Positions 30,636 through 41,413 of a DNA stretch of 64,000 nucleotides are shown in pieces (position 1 is the first letter of the stretch; every line of letters starts with the position of its first letter). The position numbers and the translations under genes were made by a program. The stretch is from an uncultured Acidobacteriota bacterium (GTDB taxonomy: Bacteria > Acidobacteriota > Terriglobia > UBA7540), in the NCBI GenBank assembly GCA_963804995.1, contig CAWDSK010000005.1:160001-224000 (forward strand), in the 5' to 3' direction. The notes under the pieces are model-generated. The model was not told the DNA's origin. It made no database searches and saw only the letters and a list, made by a program, of their open reading frames with translations.

Positions 30636-32051
30636 TTAGATGTGTATCGGCCAATCCACTGCCGCGTGCGCCGCCTCACCCATGGCTTCGGCGAGCGTCG
30701 GGTGCGCGTGGATGGTATGGGCGATGTCGTCGACCGTGCCTTCCAGGCGCATGGCCATCACGGCTTCGGCGATGGTTTCCGTGGCGCGCGGCCCGATGAT
30801 GTGCACGCCCAAAATCTCACCATACTGCTCGTCACTCACCACTTTGACGAAGCCCTCGCGCGCGCCCAGGATCGTTGCCTTGCTGACGGCCGCGTACGGA
30901 AACTTTCCGATCTTCACCTTGTGACCAGCCTCGCGCGCCTGCCGCTCCGTCATTCCCACGCTGGCGATTTCCGGCTCGGTGTAAGTGCAATTGGGAATTT
31001 GCCGATGGTTGATGGGCTCCGCCTGCTTGCCTGCCGCATGGGTTACCGCCACGATACCTTCCATGGAGGCCACGTGGGCCAGCAGCGGGCTATTGGCGAC
31101 GATGTCACCGATGGCGTAGACTCCCGGCTCATCCGTCTGCATGAAGCCATTCGTCTTCACGAAGCCACGCTCGAGCTTCACGCGCGTCTTGTCCAGACCA
31201 ATGTTCGCCGTGTTGGGGGCGCGGCCCACCGCCACCAGGCAGGTTTCAGCTTCCAGGATCTGCGGCTTGCCATCGCCTACCGTGTATTCCACCGTAATGC
31301 CGTTTGCAACCCTCGTGACCTTGGCAACTTTCGCCTGCGTCACGATGGCAATGCCCTGGTGCTTGAAGGACTTTTCGAGCTCCGCGGAAATCTCTTCGTC
31401 CTCCAGCGGCACCGCTCGCGGCAGCATTTCGAGCACGGTCACCTTGGTCCCGAAGCGCTCGAAGATGGAGGCGAACTCTACGCCCACCGCGCCCGCGCCG
31501 ATAATCACCATCGATTGCGGAATCCCCGGCAGGCTCAGGATTTCCTTATTGGTCAGAATTGTTTTCCCGTCCGGTTCGAGACCCGGCAACATGCGGGCTT
31601 CCGAGCCCGTGGCCAGCACGATATTCTTTGCCGTGATTACCTCGGTGGCGCCCTTGGGATCCGTCACACTGATTTTGCCGGGGCCGGATATTTTCGCGAA
31701 GCCGCGCGGCATATCGACGTGATTCTTCTTGAGCAGGAATTCCACGCCCTTCGCAAGCTTGGTCACCACTTTCGACTTGCGCGCCAGAATCGCCTGCCAG
31801 TCAAGGGAAAACTCTTTGCAATTAATACCGAATTCCTTGGCGTTCTTGAAGTAATCGTAAACGTCCGCATTGAGCAGCAGGTCTTTGGTCGGAATGCAGC
31901 CGACATGCAGACACGTGCCGCCATACTTGTCGTCCTTCTCAACGATCGCGGTCTTCATGCCCAACTGCCCGGAGCGAATCGCCGCCACGTACCCACCGGG
32001 GCCACTGCCAATCACCACCACGTCGTACTTGGGAGCTTCTGCCAAGACCAC
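30636..32051 (-). CDS. lpdA: Dihydrolipoyl dehydrogenase
   Basis: GSGPGG, GGTCLHVGCIPTK and HAHPTLAE motifs. Confidence 0.95.
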   Translation of the reverse strand: MVLAEAPKYDVVVIGSGPGGYVAAIRSGQLGMKTAIVEKDDKYGGTCLHVGCIPTKDLLLNADVYDYFKNAKEFGINCKEFSLDWQAILARKSKVVTKLAKGVEFLLKKNHVDMPRGFAKISGPGKISVTDPKGATEVITAKNIVLATGSEARMLPGLEPDGKTILTNKEILSLPGIPQSMVIIGAGAVGVEFASIFERFGTKVTVLEMLPRAVPLEDEEISAELEKSFKHQGIAIVTQAKVAKVTRVANGITVEYTVGDGKPQILEAETCLVAVGRAPNTANIGLDKTRVKLERGFVKTNGFMQTDEPGVYAIGDIVANSPLLAHVASMEGIVAVTHAAGKQAEPINHRQIPNCTYTEPEIASVGMTERQAREAGHKVKIGKFPYAAVSKATILGAREGFVKVVSDEQYGEILGVHIIGPRATETIAEAVMAMRLEGTVDDIAHTIHAHPTLAEAMGEAAHAAVDWPIHI

Positions 32052-32076
32052 ACCTCCAAGTGAAGTCTCACACCTC

Positions 32077-32224
32077 TAGCTGGCTGATTGAAAAAGGCGT
32101 AGAGGCGGCGGAGTTTATCCCGATCTTATTGGGACGCCGCCATCAGGCATTGAAAACGTAAGAGACATGGCGGGGTAAACCCGCCGCTACCTCCCCCCGA
32201 ACGACTCTTCCACCAGCCTCCTAG
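32077..32224. mobile_element. CTAG-bounded MITE-like element containing GTAG REP-like hairpins
   Basis: CTAGCTGGCTGATTGAAAAAG ... CTCTTCCACCAGCCTCCTAG imperfect inverted ends; internal GTAGAGGCGGCG / CCGCCGCTAC related to the 22732 family. Confidence 0.55.
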
Positions 32225-32426
32225 GGTATTGGATGTTTGGAACCGCAAATAGTAATGTTACATTACGAGAAATAGCCGCACAAGCGCAGGAGGAAATCCG
32301 CCGGCAAGGGCATGCTGTAGGGCGATGGCTTGCCGTTCACTCCACTTCGCTTGGCCACCGCATGACCGGGGTAGGGCAAGCCCTACCCCTACATCGCATC
32401 GTAAAGCTGGACCGGAAGCGGAGTGT

Positions 32427-32597
32427 TCACGCTCGGAGATTCGCCCCGCACTTCCTGCACTGGGATCGTCTTCGTGCGTTGAGCGTTTGGCAGGAAGAAC
32501 AAGTAACGTACATCGCGCGCGCGAACCAGTGCGTGATGAGGGCGCTAAAACCGAGAATACCGACCACCAAGGCAATCCCCAGCAGTGTTTGGCCCAC
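32427..32597 (-). CDS. 56-aa membrane-anchored zinc-ribbon protein
   Basis: MGQTLLGIALVVGILGFSALITHWFARAMYVTCSSCQTLNARRRSQCRKCGANLRA; GTG start 5 nt after the eda stop; absent from the ORF track. Confidence 0.7.
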   Translation of the reverse strand: MGQTLLGIALVVGILGFSALITHWFARAMYVTCSSCQTLNARRRSQCRKCGANLRA

Positions 32598-32602
32598 GGT
32601 AT

Positions 32603-33268
32603 TTACTTTCCCAGGGCAGCCCGCGCCGTGCGCACAACCTCCAGGTACTTGCGAGCGTTGGCGGAGATGACGTCCAGCTTGCCTTCGCGCAGGGCCTTGG
32701 CATCCACAAGTTCACCGCCCACGGCGACCGCGGCTGCGCCTGCCTTGATGAATTCAGGAGCCGTCTCAAGATTCACGCCGCCGGTGGGCACAAATTCAAT
32801 TTGCGGGAACGGTCCCTTGAGCGCCTTGATGTATTTGGGGCCGCCCACGGGTCCGCACGGGAAAATCTTCACAAGGTCCGCGCCCCCCTGCCAGGCGGTG
32901 ACGATTTCCGTGGGCGTCAGGGCGCCGGGCATGCAAGGCTTGCTGTAGCGCTGCGCTACTTCAATGGTCTTCATATTGAGCGAAGGCGTGACGATGAACT
33001 CCGCTCCCGCCAGCAGCGCGGCACGGCAGGTTTCCGGATCGAGAATCGTTCCTGCCCCCAGCAACACCTTGTCGCCGAATTGATCGGCCACTTTCTCCAT
33101 CACCTGGATGGCGTGGGGAACGGTCATGGTAATTTCAAGGATGCCGATATTTCCCTCGATGATGGCTTCAGCCGCGCGTAGAGCGTCTTCCGGCGAAGAA
33201 GCGCGCACGATCGGCACCAGGCCGATTTCGCGAATCCGTGCGAGGGATTTTTCTTTTGACCAAGACAT
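32603..33268 (-). CDS. eda: KHG/KDPG aldolase
   Basis: LEIT, GAGTI, TPTEI, VKIFP and PTGGV motifs. Confidence 0.92.
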   Translation of the reverse strand: MSWSKEKSLARIREIGLVPIVRASSPEDALRAAEAIIEGNIGILEITMTVPHAIQVMEKVADQFGDKVLLGAGTILDPETCRAALLAGAEFIVTPSLNMKTIEVAQRYSKPCMPGALTPTEIVTAWQGGADLVKIFPCGPVGGPKYIKALKGPFPQIEFVPTGGVNLETAPEFIKAGAAAVAVGGELVDAKALREGKLDVISANARKYLEVVRTARAALGK

Positions 33269-33388
33269 GGAATTCTCCTTTGTTAGATTGCGGGTGACAA
33301 GGTCGAAACTCGAAAATCGAAATTCGAAACTCGCCACCTATAGATCAAATTTCGAGTTTCGAGTTTCGATTTTCGCCTTTTCCTTCCC

Positions 33389-34423
33389 CTACCGAGCGAC
33401 GCGAAGACTCGCGCCCTTGAGCAGGCCCTCAACTTCCGCAAGCGTGGCCCAGTTGAAATCGCTCGGCATTGAATGTTTCAGCGCGCTAAAGGCGTTACCG
33501 TAACGGACCGCGGCATCGTAGGAACCCTTCGCCAACCGTCCATAGATGAAACCGGCGCTGAAGGAGTCGCCGCCGCCCAGGCGGTCCACAATCTCCAGTT
33601 CGTACTTCACATCGTCGTAGAACTTGCCGTCCGCATAAGCGATGGCGGTCCAAGTGTTGCGCCAAACCAGCGGGTTCTCACGCAAAGTAATGGCCACGGC
33701 CTGGAAGTGGAATTTTTCCTGCAGCCGCTGCGCGACTTCTTTGTACGACTCGGCGGAGACTTGCTTGAACCCTTTCTCGTCCGTCTTTCCCTCCGCCTTG
33801 ATTTTGAAGACCACACTCGTATCCTCTTCCGTCGTGATCAGGACGTCGACGTGTTCCATCAGGGGTTCCTGCACCGCCTGGGCCTTTTCCGGAGACCATA
33901 ATTTTCCGCGGTAGTTCAGGTCGTAGCTGACGGTCAGGCCCGCGCGCTTCGCGGCTTTCAAGGCTTCGAGCGTCACCGCCGCCGCGGAATCACTCAGCGC
34001 CGGGGTGATACCACTGGTGTGAAACCAGCGCGCGCCCTCCATCGCTTTCTGCCAATTCACCTGGCCCGGTTGGATGGCGCTGATGGCGGAATTCCGGCGG
34101 TCGTAGAGCACCGAACTGGCGCGGGGCGCCGCGCCGAACTCTACGAAGTAGAGACCCATACGGGCCTCGGAGTCAGCAGCCCAAAGCAGGTGCGAGGTGT
34201 CGACGCCGGCTTGGCGCGCCCGGTTTTCTGTGAGGCGTCCCAGGGGATTCTTCGGCAAGCGCGAAATCCAGGCGCTCGTCAAGCCCAGGCGCGCCACCCC
34301 TACGGCCACGTTCAACTCTCCCCCGCCGACTTGCACGTCCAGGGAGGCGGCCTGCTCCAGCCGCTGGAAGTGAGGCGGAGATAGGCGCATCATGGCTTCA
34401 CCGAAAGTGATAACGTCAGGCAT
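33389..34423 (-). CDS. kdgK: PfkB sugar kinase, 2-keto-3-deoxygluconate kinase-like
   Basis: FGEAMMRL, GGELNVA, YDLNYR and DRLGGGDSF motifs; adjacent to eda. Confidence 0.85.
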   Translation of the reverse strand: MPDVITFGEAMMRLSPPHFQRLEQAASLDVQVGGGELNVAVGVARLGLTSAWISRLPKNPLGRLTENRARQAGVDTSHLLWAADSEARMGLYFVEFGAAPRASSVLYDRRNSAISAIQPGQVNWQKAMEGARWFHTSGITPALSDSAAAVTLEALKAAKRAGLTVSYDLNYRGKLWSPEKAQAVQEPLMEHVDVLITTEEDTSVVFKIKAEGKTDEKGFKQVSAESYKEVAQRLQEKFHFQAVAITLRENPLVWRNTWTAIAYADGKFYDDVKYELEIVDRLGGGDSFSAGFIYGRLAKGSYDAAVRYGNAFSALKHSMPSDFNWATLAEVEGLLKGASLRVAR

Positions 34424-34762
34424 AGACACGAACCTTTCTGACCCAATTGGCAACCGCTCACTATAGGATGTTCCGGCGAAAATTGCAGCCCATTTTCGCT
34501 TCGGCCCGGCGGCGCCTTCATCAAAAAGTTGGGCGCTATTTGTGTGGCGAAATGAAATTCTGTGGCGCGGCCGCCGTTCTTGACATTGCACTTAGCTACA
34601 GCATACATTGGCTGTTTAGCGTTCTGAGACGGGTCTTTAGCGCGTATTTCTCCCCAGGCGTCTGGAAGGACGGGGCACGTGTCCCAACGCGTCGGGAGCC
34701 CCGTCGTTACCAGTGTAGTGGGTCTCAAATCGTGGTGCGTATGATGTTGTAGCGTTGAGCTT

Positions 34763-34945
34763 ATGGTTTTTGAATTCCTAACATGTGGAATTCTCAAACT
34801 TCCACGAGACCCCTCACCCGTCCCGCCCCGGCTGGTGAGAACGCCGGCGGCGGTCCACCCTCTCCCCTCGGAGAGGGCTAGTAAATCCCAGCCTTCTCCC
34901 AGGGGAGAAGGTGGCCGACGTAGGAGGTCGGATGAGGGGTTACTT
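34763..34945. repeat. Copy of the CCCCTCACCCGTCCCGCCCCGGCTG element with a left TIR
   Basis: Near-identical to 25965-26150. Confidence 0.8.
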
Positions 34946-35026
34946 CCACGCACAGGTCGGCGCTACAAGCACCGATATCTGTGACGCACTAAACTAGGAT
35001 TTGCAGTCTAGGGAGCATGAACCCCC

Positions 35027-35887
35027 ATGGCGGATGAGCTGACACGGACCATCCTGGACAACATCGTCTCTTCGCGCCGGCGGGCGCTGGACGAAACCCG
35101 GTTGGCCATCCCCCTGGAGCGTTTGCAGGTTGCAGCCGAGGCACGCCAGGAACGGCGCGATTTTGCCGCTGCCATCGCCTCCGGCGCCGCGCCCGCGGGC
35201 TTGCGGGTGATTGCCGAACTCAAACGCGCTTCACCTTCGCGGGGACTCTTGCGGCAGCAATACCGCCGTCGTGAAATCGCCCTCGGGTACGCGGCGGCAG
35301 GAGCGGCGGCGCTTTCCGTGCTGACGGAGGAACAGTATTTTCTGGGCTCCCTCCAGGACTTAACCGAGGCGCGCCAGGCCGTGGAGCTTCCCGCTTTGCG
35401 CAAAGACTTTATCCTGGAGAGTTACCAGGTCTATGAGTCTGTCGCGGCGGGGGCGGACGCTCTCCTGCTGATTGTGGCCGTGTTACAGGACCGCGACCTG
35501 GGAAACCTGCTCGAACTCAGCAGGCAGTTACGGATCGACGCGCTGGTGGAAGTCCATACGGAACTCGATCTTGAGCGGGCGCTGGCCGCAGGCGCGCGGA
35601 TTATCGGGGTGAATAATCGCAATCTGAAGACCCTGGAAGTCAACCTGGACACCTCCTTTCAGTTGCGAGAGAAAATTCCGGCCGGGTGCATCACGATCAG
35701 TGAAAGTGGGATCAAGACTGCCGCAGACCTTAAGGCTCTCTCCAAGGTGGGCTTTGACGCGGTGCTGATCGGCGAGCGCCTGATGGGGGAGCCGGACCCG
35801 GGCCAGGCCCTGCACCGATTGCTGGCTGGGTTTGCAGGGGAGCCCGTCTTGCTCGAAAATCGAAATTCGAAACTCGAAACTCGCTGA
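35027..35887 (+). CDS. trpC: Indole-3-glycerol phosphate synthase
   Basis: IAELKRASPSRG, SVLTE, LRKDF, GVNNRNL and SESGI motifs. The last residues are encoded by heptamer repeats. Confidence 0.95.
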   Translation: MADELTRTILDNIVSSRRRALDETRLAIPLERLQVAAEARQERRDFAAAIASGAAPAGLRVIAELKRASPSRGLLRQQYRRREIALGYAAAGAAALSVLTEEQYFLGSLQDLTEARQAVELPALRKDFILESYQVYESVAAGADALLLIVAVLQDRDLGNLLELSRQLRIDALVEVHTELDLERALAAGARIIGVNNRNLKTLEVNLDTSFQLREKIPAGCITISESGIKTAADLKALSKVGFDAVLIGERLMGEPDPGQALHRLLAGFAGEPVLLENRNSKLETR

Positions 35888-35952
35888 CCAGCCCGCCTTC
35901 GTAAGCCGGGGGCGAATTTCAAGTTTCGAATTTCGAGTTTCGAATCGAAGAG

Positions 35953-36597
35953 ATGCCGACACGCGTAAAGATTTGCGGGGTGACGCGCCTGGAAGACGCC
36001 GAGCTTGCCATCGAACTGGGAGCCGCGGCGCTGGGCTTTAATTTCTATCCGCCTTCGCCGCGGTATATCCCGCCGGCCTTCGCGCAGGAGATCATATTGA
36101 AGCTGCCGCCTCTGGTGGTGGCAGTAGGCGTCTTCGCGAACGAGATCAACGACAACCATGTGGCGGGCGTCGCGGAGGAAGCGGGCGTCACCGCAGTGCA
36201 GTTACACGGCCCGGATTTTCCGTCGCTCGACGGCGTTTTGACAAGTTTCAGGCTGATTCGAGCGGTGGCAGTCGGCGCTGGATTCCAAGCTGAGTCCTTG
36301 CGGGATTTGCGGGCCGACGCATTTCTGCTGGATGCCTTCGACACCAAACTTCTGGGTGGAACGGGTAAGCCCTTCGATTGGAACCTGGCTCGCGAGGCGA
36401 AGCAGTTCGGGACGATTATCCTGGCGGGTGGATTAAACCCCGAAAACGTGGCGCAAGCCATCCGGGAGGTGCGGCCCTTTGCGGTAGACGTGGCCAGCGG
36501 CGTGGAAGCCACACCCGGAGTCAAGGATGCGAACAAGCTGCGAGCCTTTTTCCGAGAGGTTGAGAGTGCGGATCGATCCTTCGAACATGCCAACTGA
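35953..36597 (+). CDS. trpF: Phosphoribosylanthranilate isomerase
   Basis: VKICG, QLHG, GGTG, LAGGL and DVASGVE motifs. Confidence 0.95.
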   Translation: MPTRVKICGVTRLEDAELAIELGAAALGFNFYPPSPRYIPPAFAQEIILKLPPLVVAVGVFANEINDNHVAGVAEEAGVTAVQLHGPDFPSLDGVLTSFRLIRAVAVGAGFQAESLRDLRADAFLLDAFDTKLLGGTGKPFDWNLAREAKQFGTIILAGGLNPENVAQAIREVRPFAVDVASGVEATPGVKDANKLRAFFREVESADRSFEHAN

Positions 36598-37786
36598 ACC
36601 CCAAACCGGACCGGACGCGCGCGGGCGTTTTGGCGAATTCGGCGGCCGCTACGTGCCGGAAACGCTGATGCACCCTGTCGAAGAGCTCGAAGCGGCTTAC
36701 CACGCAGCACGCAGCGATCCCGCGTTTCAGGCGGAACTCGCGCATCTGCTCAAGAACTTTGCGGGCCGGCCGACGCCTCTCTTTCCTGCCCGGCGGCTGA
36801 CTGAACGCTTGGGCGGGGCTGAGATTTATCTGAAGCGCGAGGATCTGCTCCACACCGGCGCGCACAAAATCAACAACTGCCTCGGACAAGGACTGCTCGC
36901 GAAGCGCATGGGCAAAACGCGCTTGGTGGCGGAGACCGGCGCAGGGCAGCATGGCGTGGCGACGGCCACGGTGGCGGCGCTGCTGGGGCTCGAATGCGTG
37001 GTGTACATGGGCGAGGAAGACATGGCGCGCCAGGCGCCCAACGTCTTCCGCATGCGCCTGCTCGGCACGCAGGTGGTATCCGTCTCCTCGGGCTCGAAAA
37101 CCCTCAAGGACGCGATCAACGAGGGCATGCGCGACTGGGTGACGAACGTCCACAATACTCACTACCTGATGGGCTCGGTCCTGGGCCCGCATCCCTACCC
37201 CATGATGGTTCGCGATTTTCATAGGATTATCGGCCAGGAAGCGCGGCAACAGATTCTGGAACAGGCGGGAAGACTCCCCGATTTGCTTTGCGCGTGCGTG
37301 GGTGGGGGGAGTAACTCCATCGGGTTGTTTTACGATTTCATTCCTGACGCGAGCGTCCAGATGGTCGGCGTGGAAGCCGGCGGGCGAAGCCTTGACCTCG
37401 GTGAGCATGCGGCCCGCTTCGCTGGTGGCAAGCCCGGGGTGCTGCACGGCTCGTACACCTATGTCCTTCAGACGGAGGATGGCCTGATCTCAAATACGCA
37501 CTCGGTTTCCGCCGGGCTCGACTATCCCGCCGTAGGGCCGGAGCATGCCGCGCTGCATCGCCAGGGGCGCGTCAAGTACACCCATGTGAGCGACCAGGAA
37601 GCGCTGGAAGCGGCGCGCACGCTCTCGCACGTGGAGGGAATTATCCCTGCGCTGGAATCAGCCCACGCGGTCGCGGAGGTCATCAAGCGCGCGCCCGGGA
37701 TGTCTCGCGACAAGATCGTCGTGGTAAATCTTTCGGGCCGCGGCGACAAAGATTTGGGGATATTTCAATCGGCCGGAATTCTCTGA
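36587..37786 (+). CDS. trpB: Tryptophan synthase beta chain
   Basis: [23 protein letters not shown] and LSGRGDKD motifs. Confidence 0.96.
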   Translation: MPTEPQTGPDARGRFGEFGGRYVPETLMHPVEELEAAYHAARSDPAFQAELAHLLKNFAGRPTPLFPARRLTERLGGAEIYLKREDLLHTGAHKINNCLGQGLLAKRMGKTRLVAETGAGQHGVATATVAALLGLECVVYMGEEDMARQAPNVFRMRLLGTQVVSVSSGSKTLKDAINEGMRDWVTNVHNTHYLMGSVLGPHPYPMMVRDFHRIIGQEARQQILEQAGRLPDLLCACVGGGSNSIGLFYDFIPDASVQMVGVEAGGRSLDLGEHAARFAGGKPGVLHGSYTYVLQTEDGLISNTHSVSAGLDYPAVGPEHAALHRQGRVKYTHVSDQEALEAARTLSHVEGIIPALESAHAVAEVIKRAPGMSRDKIVVVNLSGRGDKDLGIFQSAGIL

Positions 37787-37913
37787 GGGGGGATTTTTGA
37801 AAGTGGATAGAGGGCTAATGTCCGCGCTAGGGGGCTATGGGGCGACAGGGGGGTGCACCGAGCTATCGGACAGAAGGTCCTAAACGGGAAATCATCAGTC
37901 AAAATGACCGAAG

Positions 37914-38732
37914 ATGCCTCACCAACCTACAACGCGCATTGCCGACCGGTTTCGCGACCTGCGATCCAAAAACGCCAAAGGACTAATTGTCTATTTAACC
38001 GCGGGCGATCCCACTTTGGACGCTACGGGGGAACTCCTGGTGGCGCTCGATCGGGCGGGAGCGGATGTGATCGAGCTGGGCGTGCCTTTTTCCGATCCTA
38101 TGGCCGATGGTCCGGTGATCCAACGCGCCTCGGAGCGGGCCCTCAGCTCCGGCACGACGCTGCGTAAAATCCTGGAGCGCTTCCCGAGTTGGCGCCAGGC
38201 GGTGCGCGCGCCGATGATCCTGTTCAGCTACTTCAATCCGATTCTTCAATACGGGCTGGAGAAATTTGCCATAACCGCTGCCGGGGTGGGAGTGGATGGC
38301 GTGCTGGTTGTCGACCTCAGCCCGGAGGAAGCCGGTGATTATGTCAACACCCTGCAGGGGCAGGGCCTCGACACGATTTTTCTTGCTTCCCCCACCTCTC
38401 CGGATGCACGTTTGGAGCGTGCGGCAAAGCTTTCTTCGGGCTTCTTCTATCTCGTTTCGCGCACCGGGGTGACGGGCGAGCGCAGCGAGATTGCCTCGAG
38501 CGTGCGCCCGCTGGTGGAGCGCGCGCGGCGGATCACCTCCTTGCCGCTAGCCGTGGGATTTGGAATCTCCAGCGCGGCGCAGGTTCGCCAGGTCCAGCAA
38601 GACGCCGACGCTGCGGTGGTGGGCAGCGCGGTGGTGCACGCCATTGAAGAACGCTATTCCCAGGCAGGAGCGGCGGCGATTGAAGAGTTCGTACGCGGGC
38701 TCAAAGCAGGGACGGAGGGGAAACCTGAATGA
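37914..38732 (+). CDS. trpA: Tryptophan synthase alpha chain
   Basis: AGDP, ELGVPFSDPMADGPVIQ, GVTG and GFGIS motifs. Confidence 0.96.
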   Translation: MPHQPTTRIADRFRDLRSKNAKGLIVYLTAGDPTLDATGELLVALDRAGADVIELGVPFSDPMADGPVIQRASERALSSGTTLRKILERFPSWRQAVRAPMILFSYFNPILQYGLEKFAITAAGVGVDGVLVVDLSPEEAGDYVNTLQGQGLDTIFLASPTSPDARLERAAKLSSGFFYLVSRTGVTGERSEIASSVRPLVERARRITSLPLAVGFGISSAAQVRQVQQDADAAVVGSAVVHAIEERYSQAGAAAIEEFVRGLKAGTEGKPE

Positions 38733-39022
38733 GCGATCTCGAAGGCTGGCGAAAGCGCATCGATGAAATCGACCAGCAACTGCTGAAACTTTTGAACGAG
38801 CGGTCCCAATGCGCCCTGGAGATCGGCCATCTCAAGAAGGGCCTCCATATGCCCGCCTGGCAACCGCAGCGCGAGGCTGAGATCCTGCACAATGTGGTGA
38901 GCGCGAATGGCGGCCCCCTGGATGACGCCGCCATCCGCCGCCTGTTTGAGCGCATTATTGATGAAGCGCGTTCGCTCGAGCGCCATTCGATGGACAACGA
39001 AGATTCCGCCGGGAAGGGGTGA
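38729..39022 (+). CDS. Chorismate mutase (AroQ type)
   Basis: R.RIDEID..LLKLLNER...IG..K...REAEIL pattern; ATGA-coupled to trpA. Confidence 0.9.
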   Translation: MSDLEGWRKRIDEIDQQLLKLLNERSQCALEIGHLKKGLHMPAWQPQREAEILHNVVSANGGPLDDAAIRRLFERIIDEARSLERHSMDNEDSAGKG

Positions 39023-39028
39023 TGCCAC

Positions 39029-40045
39029 ATGGTGGTCGTAATGCAGGAAGGTGCGACAGAGGATGAAATCCAGTTCGTCATCAATAAACTGATGAATATG
39101 GGATTTGATATCCACCGCTCCACGGGCGCACGCCACACGGTGCTGGGGGCGGTGGGCGCCAAAATTGATTTCGATATCCGCGACATCGAGGTGCTCGGTG
39201 GGGTCGAGGAAGTGGTGCGCATTTCGGCGCCCTATAAGCTTGCCAGCCGGCATTTCCGGCCGGAGGGTTCCCGCATCCCCCTGGGCCGGGACGTGGTCGT
39301 GGGGGGCGAAGAGGTGGTGGTCATGGCCGGCCCCTGCAGCGTGGAAAGCGCCGCGCAGATGGAGGCCATTGCCGCGTACGTCGCTGAACAAGGAGCGCGG
39401 GTACTGCGCGGCGGGGCCTTTAAGCCCCGCACCTCGCCGTATAGTTTCCAGGGGATGGGCCTGGAGGGATTGGAACTTCTGCGCCGCGCCGCTGACCAGC
39501 ACGGTCTCCTGGTGATTTCTGAGGTGATGGACCAAACCCAGATCCCCATGATGCTCGATTACGTGGACGTGCTCCAGGTGGGGGCGCGCAACATGCAGAA
39601 TTTCAATCTGCTCAAGGAACTCGGCAAGGTTGCAAGACCCGTTCTGCTGAAACGGGGAATCTCCGCCACCATCGAGGAATTATTGCTCTCCGCCGAATAC
39701 ATCATGGCGGGAGGGAACTACAACGTGGTGCTGTGCGAGCGCGGCATTCGCACCTTCGATAGCTATTTGCGCAACACCCTGGATATCGCCGCCATCCCGG
39801 TCATCCAGAAGCTCTCGCACCTGCCCATCGTCGTTGACCCCTCGCATGGGACGGGGCGGCGGGATAAAGTCGCTCCCATGGCGCGCGCCGCTCTGGCCGC
39901 CGGGGCCGACGGCCTGCTGATCGAAGTCCACAACAATCCTGACATGGCGCTGAGCGACGGCGCGCAATCGCTATATCCCGAACAGTTTGCGCAACTGATG
40001 AAGGAATTGCGGATGATCGCACCCGCCGTGGGAAGGAAGATATGA
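39029..40045 (+). CDS. aroF: DAHP synthase (type I beta) with N-terminal regulatory domain
   Basis: [29 protein letters not shown] and DPSHGTG motifs. Confidence 0.94.
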   Translation: MVVVMQEGATEDEIQFVINKLMNMGFDIHRSTGARHTVLGAVGAKIDFDIRDIEVLGGVEEVVRISAPYKLASRHFRPEGSRIPLGRDVVVGGEEVVVMAGPCSVESAAQMEAIAAYVAEQGARVLRGGAFKPRTSPYSFQGMGLEGLELLRRAADQHGLLVISEVMDQTQIPMMLDYVDVLQVGARNMQNFNLLKELGKVARPVLLKRGISATIEELLLSAEYIMAGGNYNVVLCERGIRTFDSYLRNTLDIAAIPVIQKLSHLPIVVDPSHGTGRRDKVAPMARAALAAGADGLLIEVHNNPDMALSDGAQSLYPEQFAQLMKELRMIAPAVGRKI

Positions 40046-40082
40046 GGGCGTGTAAAGGGGCCTGAAGGGTTATGAAGGGTTG

Positions 40083-40100
40083 GGTAGTGGTACAGTTTGA
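40083..40100. mobile_element. Putative terminal inverted repeat of an IS1-like element
   Basis: GGTAGTGGTACAGTTTGA begins like IS1-family GGTRRTG ends and lies downstream of the transposase remnant, at the GC-content drop. Confidence 0.45.
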
Positions 40101-40194
40101 AGGTTGATAGGAAAGGTTTGGCATATTTATTGCTTGTGACTTTATTGGTGGTACTATTGACTTGTAGTTAGCATGTCGGCATACTGTCGCAGCT

Positions 40195-40491
40195 ATGGCT
40201 AAAAATCCACGTCTCGCAAAGTCGGTGTCCTCGCAGCTTCCAGCACCTATTAATCCGCGCGGCATCCAAAGTGTTTATTGTAATAACATGGAGATTCAAT
40301 TTTCTTCGATAGATGCCCGCATAACCTTCAATGAGATAATTGCTGACCATGGAATAATTACCGTTGAGAGGCGAGCCCACATTGTAATGCCTCTCCAGCA
40401 CGTAGGGCCGATGGTGCAAGCGCTAACTACTGCTATGGCCCAAGCGCAAGGTAAGATTAAAGAACAATCCAAACAAGCGGCAAAGAAGTGA
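40195..40491 (+). CDS. DUF3467-like small protein
   Basis: VYCNN...DARITF...AHIVMPLQH...L pattern. Confidence 0.65.
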   Translation: MAKNPRLAKSVSSQLPAPINPRGIQSVYCNNMEIQFSSIDARITFNEIIADHGIITVERRAHIVMPLQHVGPMVQALTTAMAQAQGKIKEQSKQAAKK

Positions 40492-40874
40492 GCCGAAGAT
40501 CTCGCCCGCCCCTCATATTTAGTACGACCGACTGCTACGGCAACCTTGTCACACTATCCGAGGATACGTGGAATACCCACGTAACCATCGAACATCCCGA
40601 GATGGCAGGATTGGAGACGGTCGTGCAGCAAACGGTTGAAGAACCATTCGAAATTCGAGTGAGTGCTTTTAGCGATACTGGTGTGGCTTTTGTATCTACT
40701 CCTGGAGCCGGTTCTCATGCTGAAGGAATTAGAGTTCTAGTTAATTATGCCGATGTAGTGTATGAGAAGGGATCGACATCTGGGAAAATACAAACCGCTT
40801 ACCCTATTGATGTCATCAAATATGGTAGACCACAACTCGGTCGCGTGATCTACAGGAAGGGAGGTCGCAAGTGA
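40488..40874 (+). CDS. Putative RelE/barnase-fold-like toxin or nuclease (WxxHxxxxHPEM)
   Basis: TWNTHVTIEHPEM and terminal IQTAY strand; GTGA-coupled to both neighbours. Confidence 0.55.
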   Translation: MSRRSRPPLIFSTTDCYGNLVTLSEDTWNTHVTIEHPEMAGLETVVQQTVEEPFEIRVSAFSDTGVAFVSTPGAGSHAEGIRVLVNYADVVYEKGSTSGKIQTAYPIDVIKYGRPQLGRVIYRKGGRK

Positions 40875-41113
40875 AAGCATCTTACGATAAAGACGCTGAC
40901 GTGCTGTACATCACTTTCGAGCAGCTCCCTGCTAAGCAATATATTTACGTGGAGAATGAGAACGGAGATATTTTACGATTGAATAAAAAGAGCAAGCGTG
41001 TCGTCGGTTGCACGATACCATTTTTCTCTAAGCGCGCGACCCAAAAAAAGTTGAGTATCCCTGAGATCGGGCATGTCCCATTCAATGAGCTGGCAAAAGC
41101 GCTGCTTCCTTAG
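40871..41113 (+). CDS. DUF2283 domain protein (putative antitoxin)
   Basis: YDKDADVLYITF...GDILRL...VVGCTI pattern. Confidence 0.8.
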   Translation: MKASYDKDADVLYITFEQLPAKQYIYVENENGDILRLNKKSKRVVGCTIPFFSKRATQKKLSIPEIGHVPFNELAKALLP

Positions 41114-41376
41114 CTACAAATCGCTCTTAACATTTCCTCGATTGTCCACACGTGGTCTGTAATTCCTGATTCCATTGCAGGCGTAACCCGCAAGGTCTGG
41201 TGAACCCGGCAAAAGTTGTAATGCATGTAGTGAGTCGCTACCGCGTAGGCGTGGTTCTCAACTTTCTTTGAGAACCCGTTCGTCAGGCGCGTGAACCGAC
41301 GCATCCCCATTCGCATGGTGAGGGTTTGGCGCTCGACAAAGCTGTGGGGGATGTGGGCGGCATCGGGGTTGCCCAT
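41110..41376 (-). pseudogene. C-terminal fragment of an IS1-like DDE transposase
   Basis: VERQ.LTMRMGMRRFTRLTNGFSKK.ENH...YNFCRVHQTLRVTPAM..GITDHVW; the N-terminus is absent. Confidence 0.8.
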
Positions 41377-41413
41377 GTTTCGTCTGTCCGGGCTTTCAAA
41401 ACGTGGGCGCACC

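Noticed and set aside
34430..35026. trp attenuator or leader peptide
   Set aside because: No Trp-codon-rich leader or T-box was seen; the region is occupied by a repeat element.
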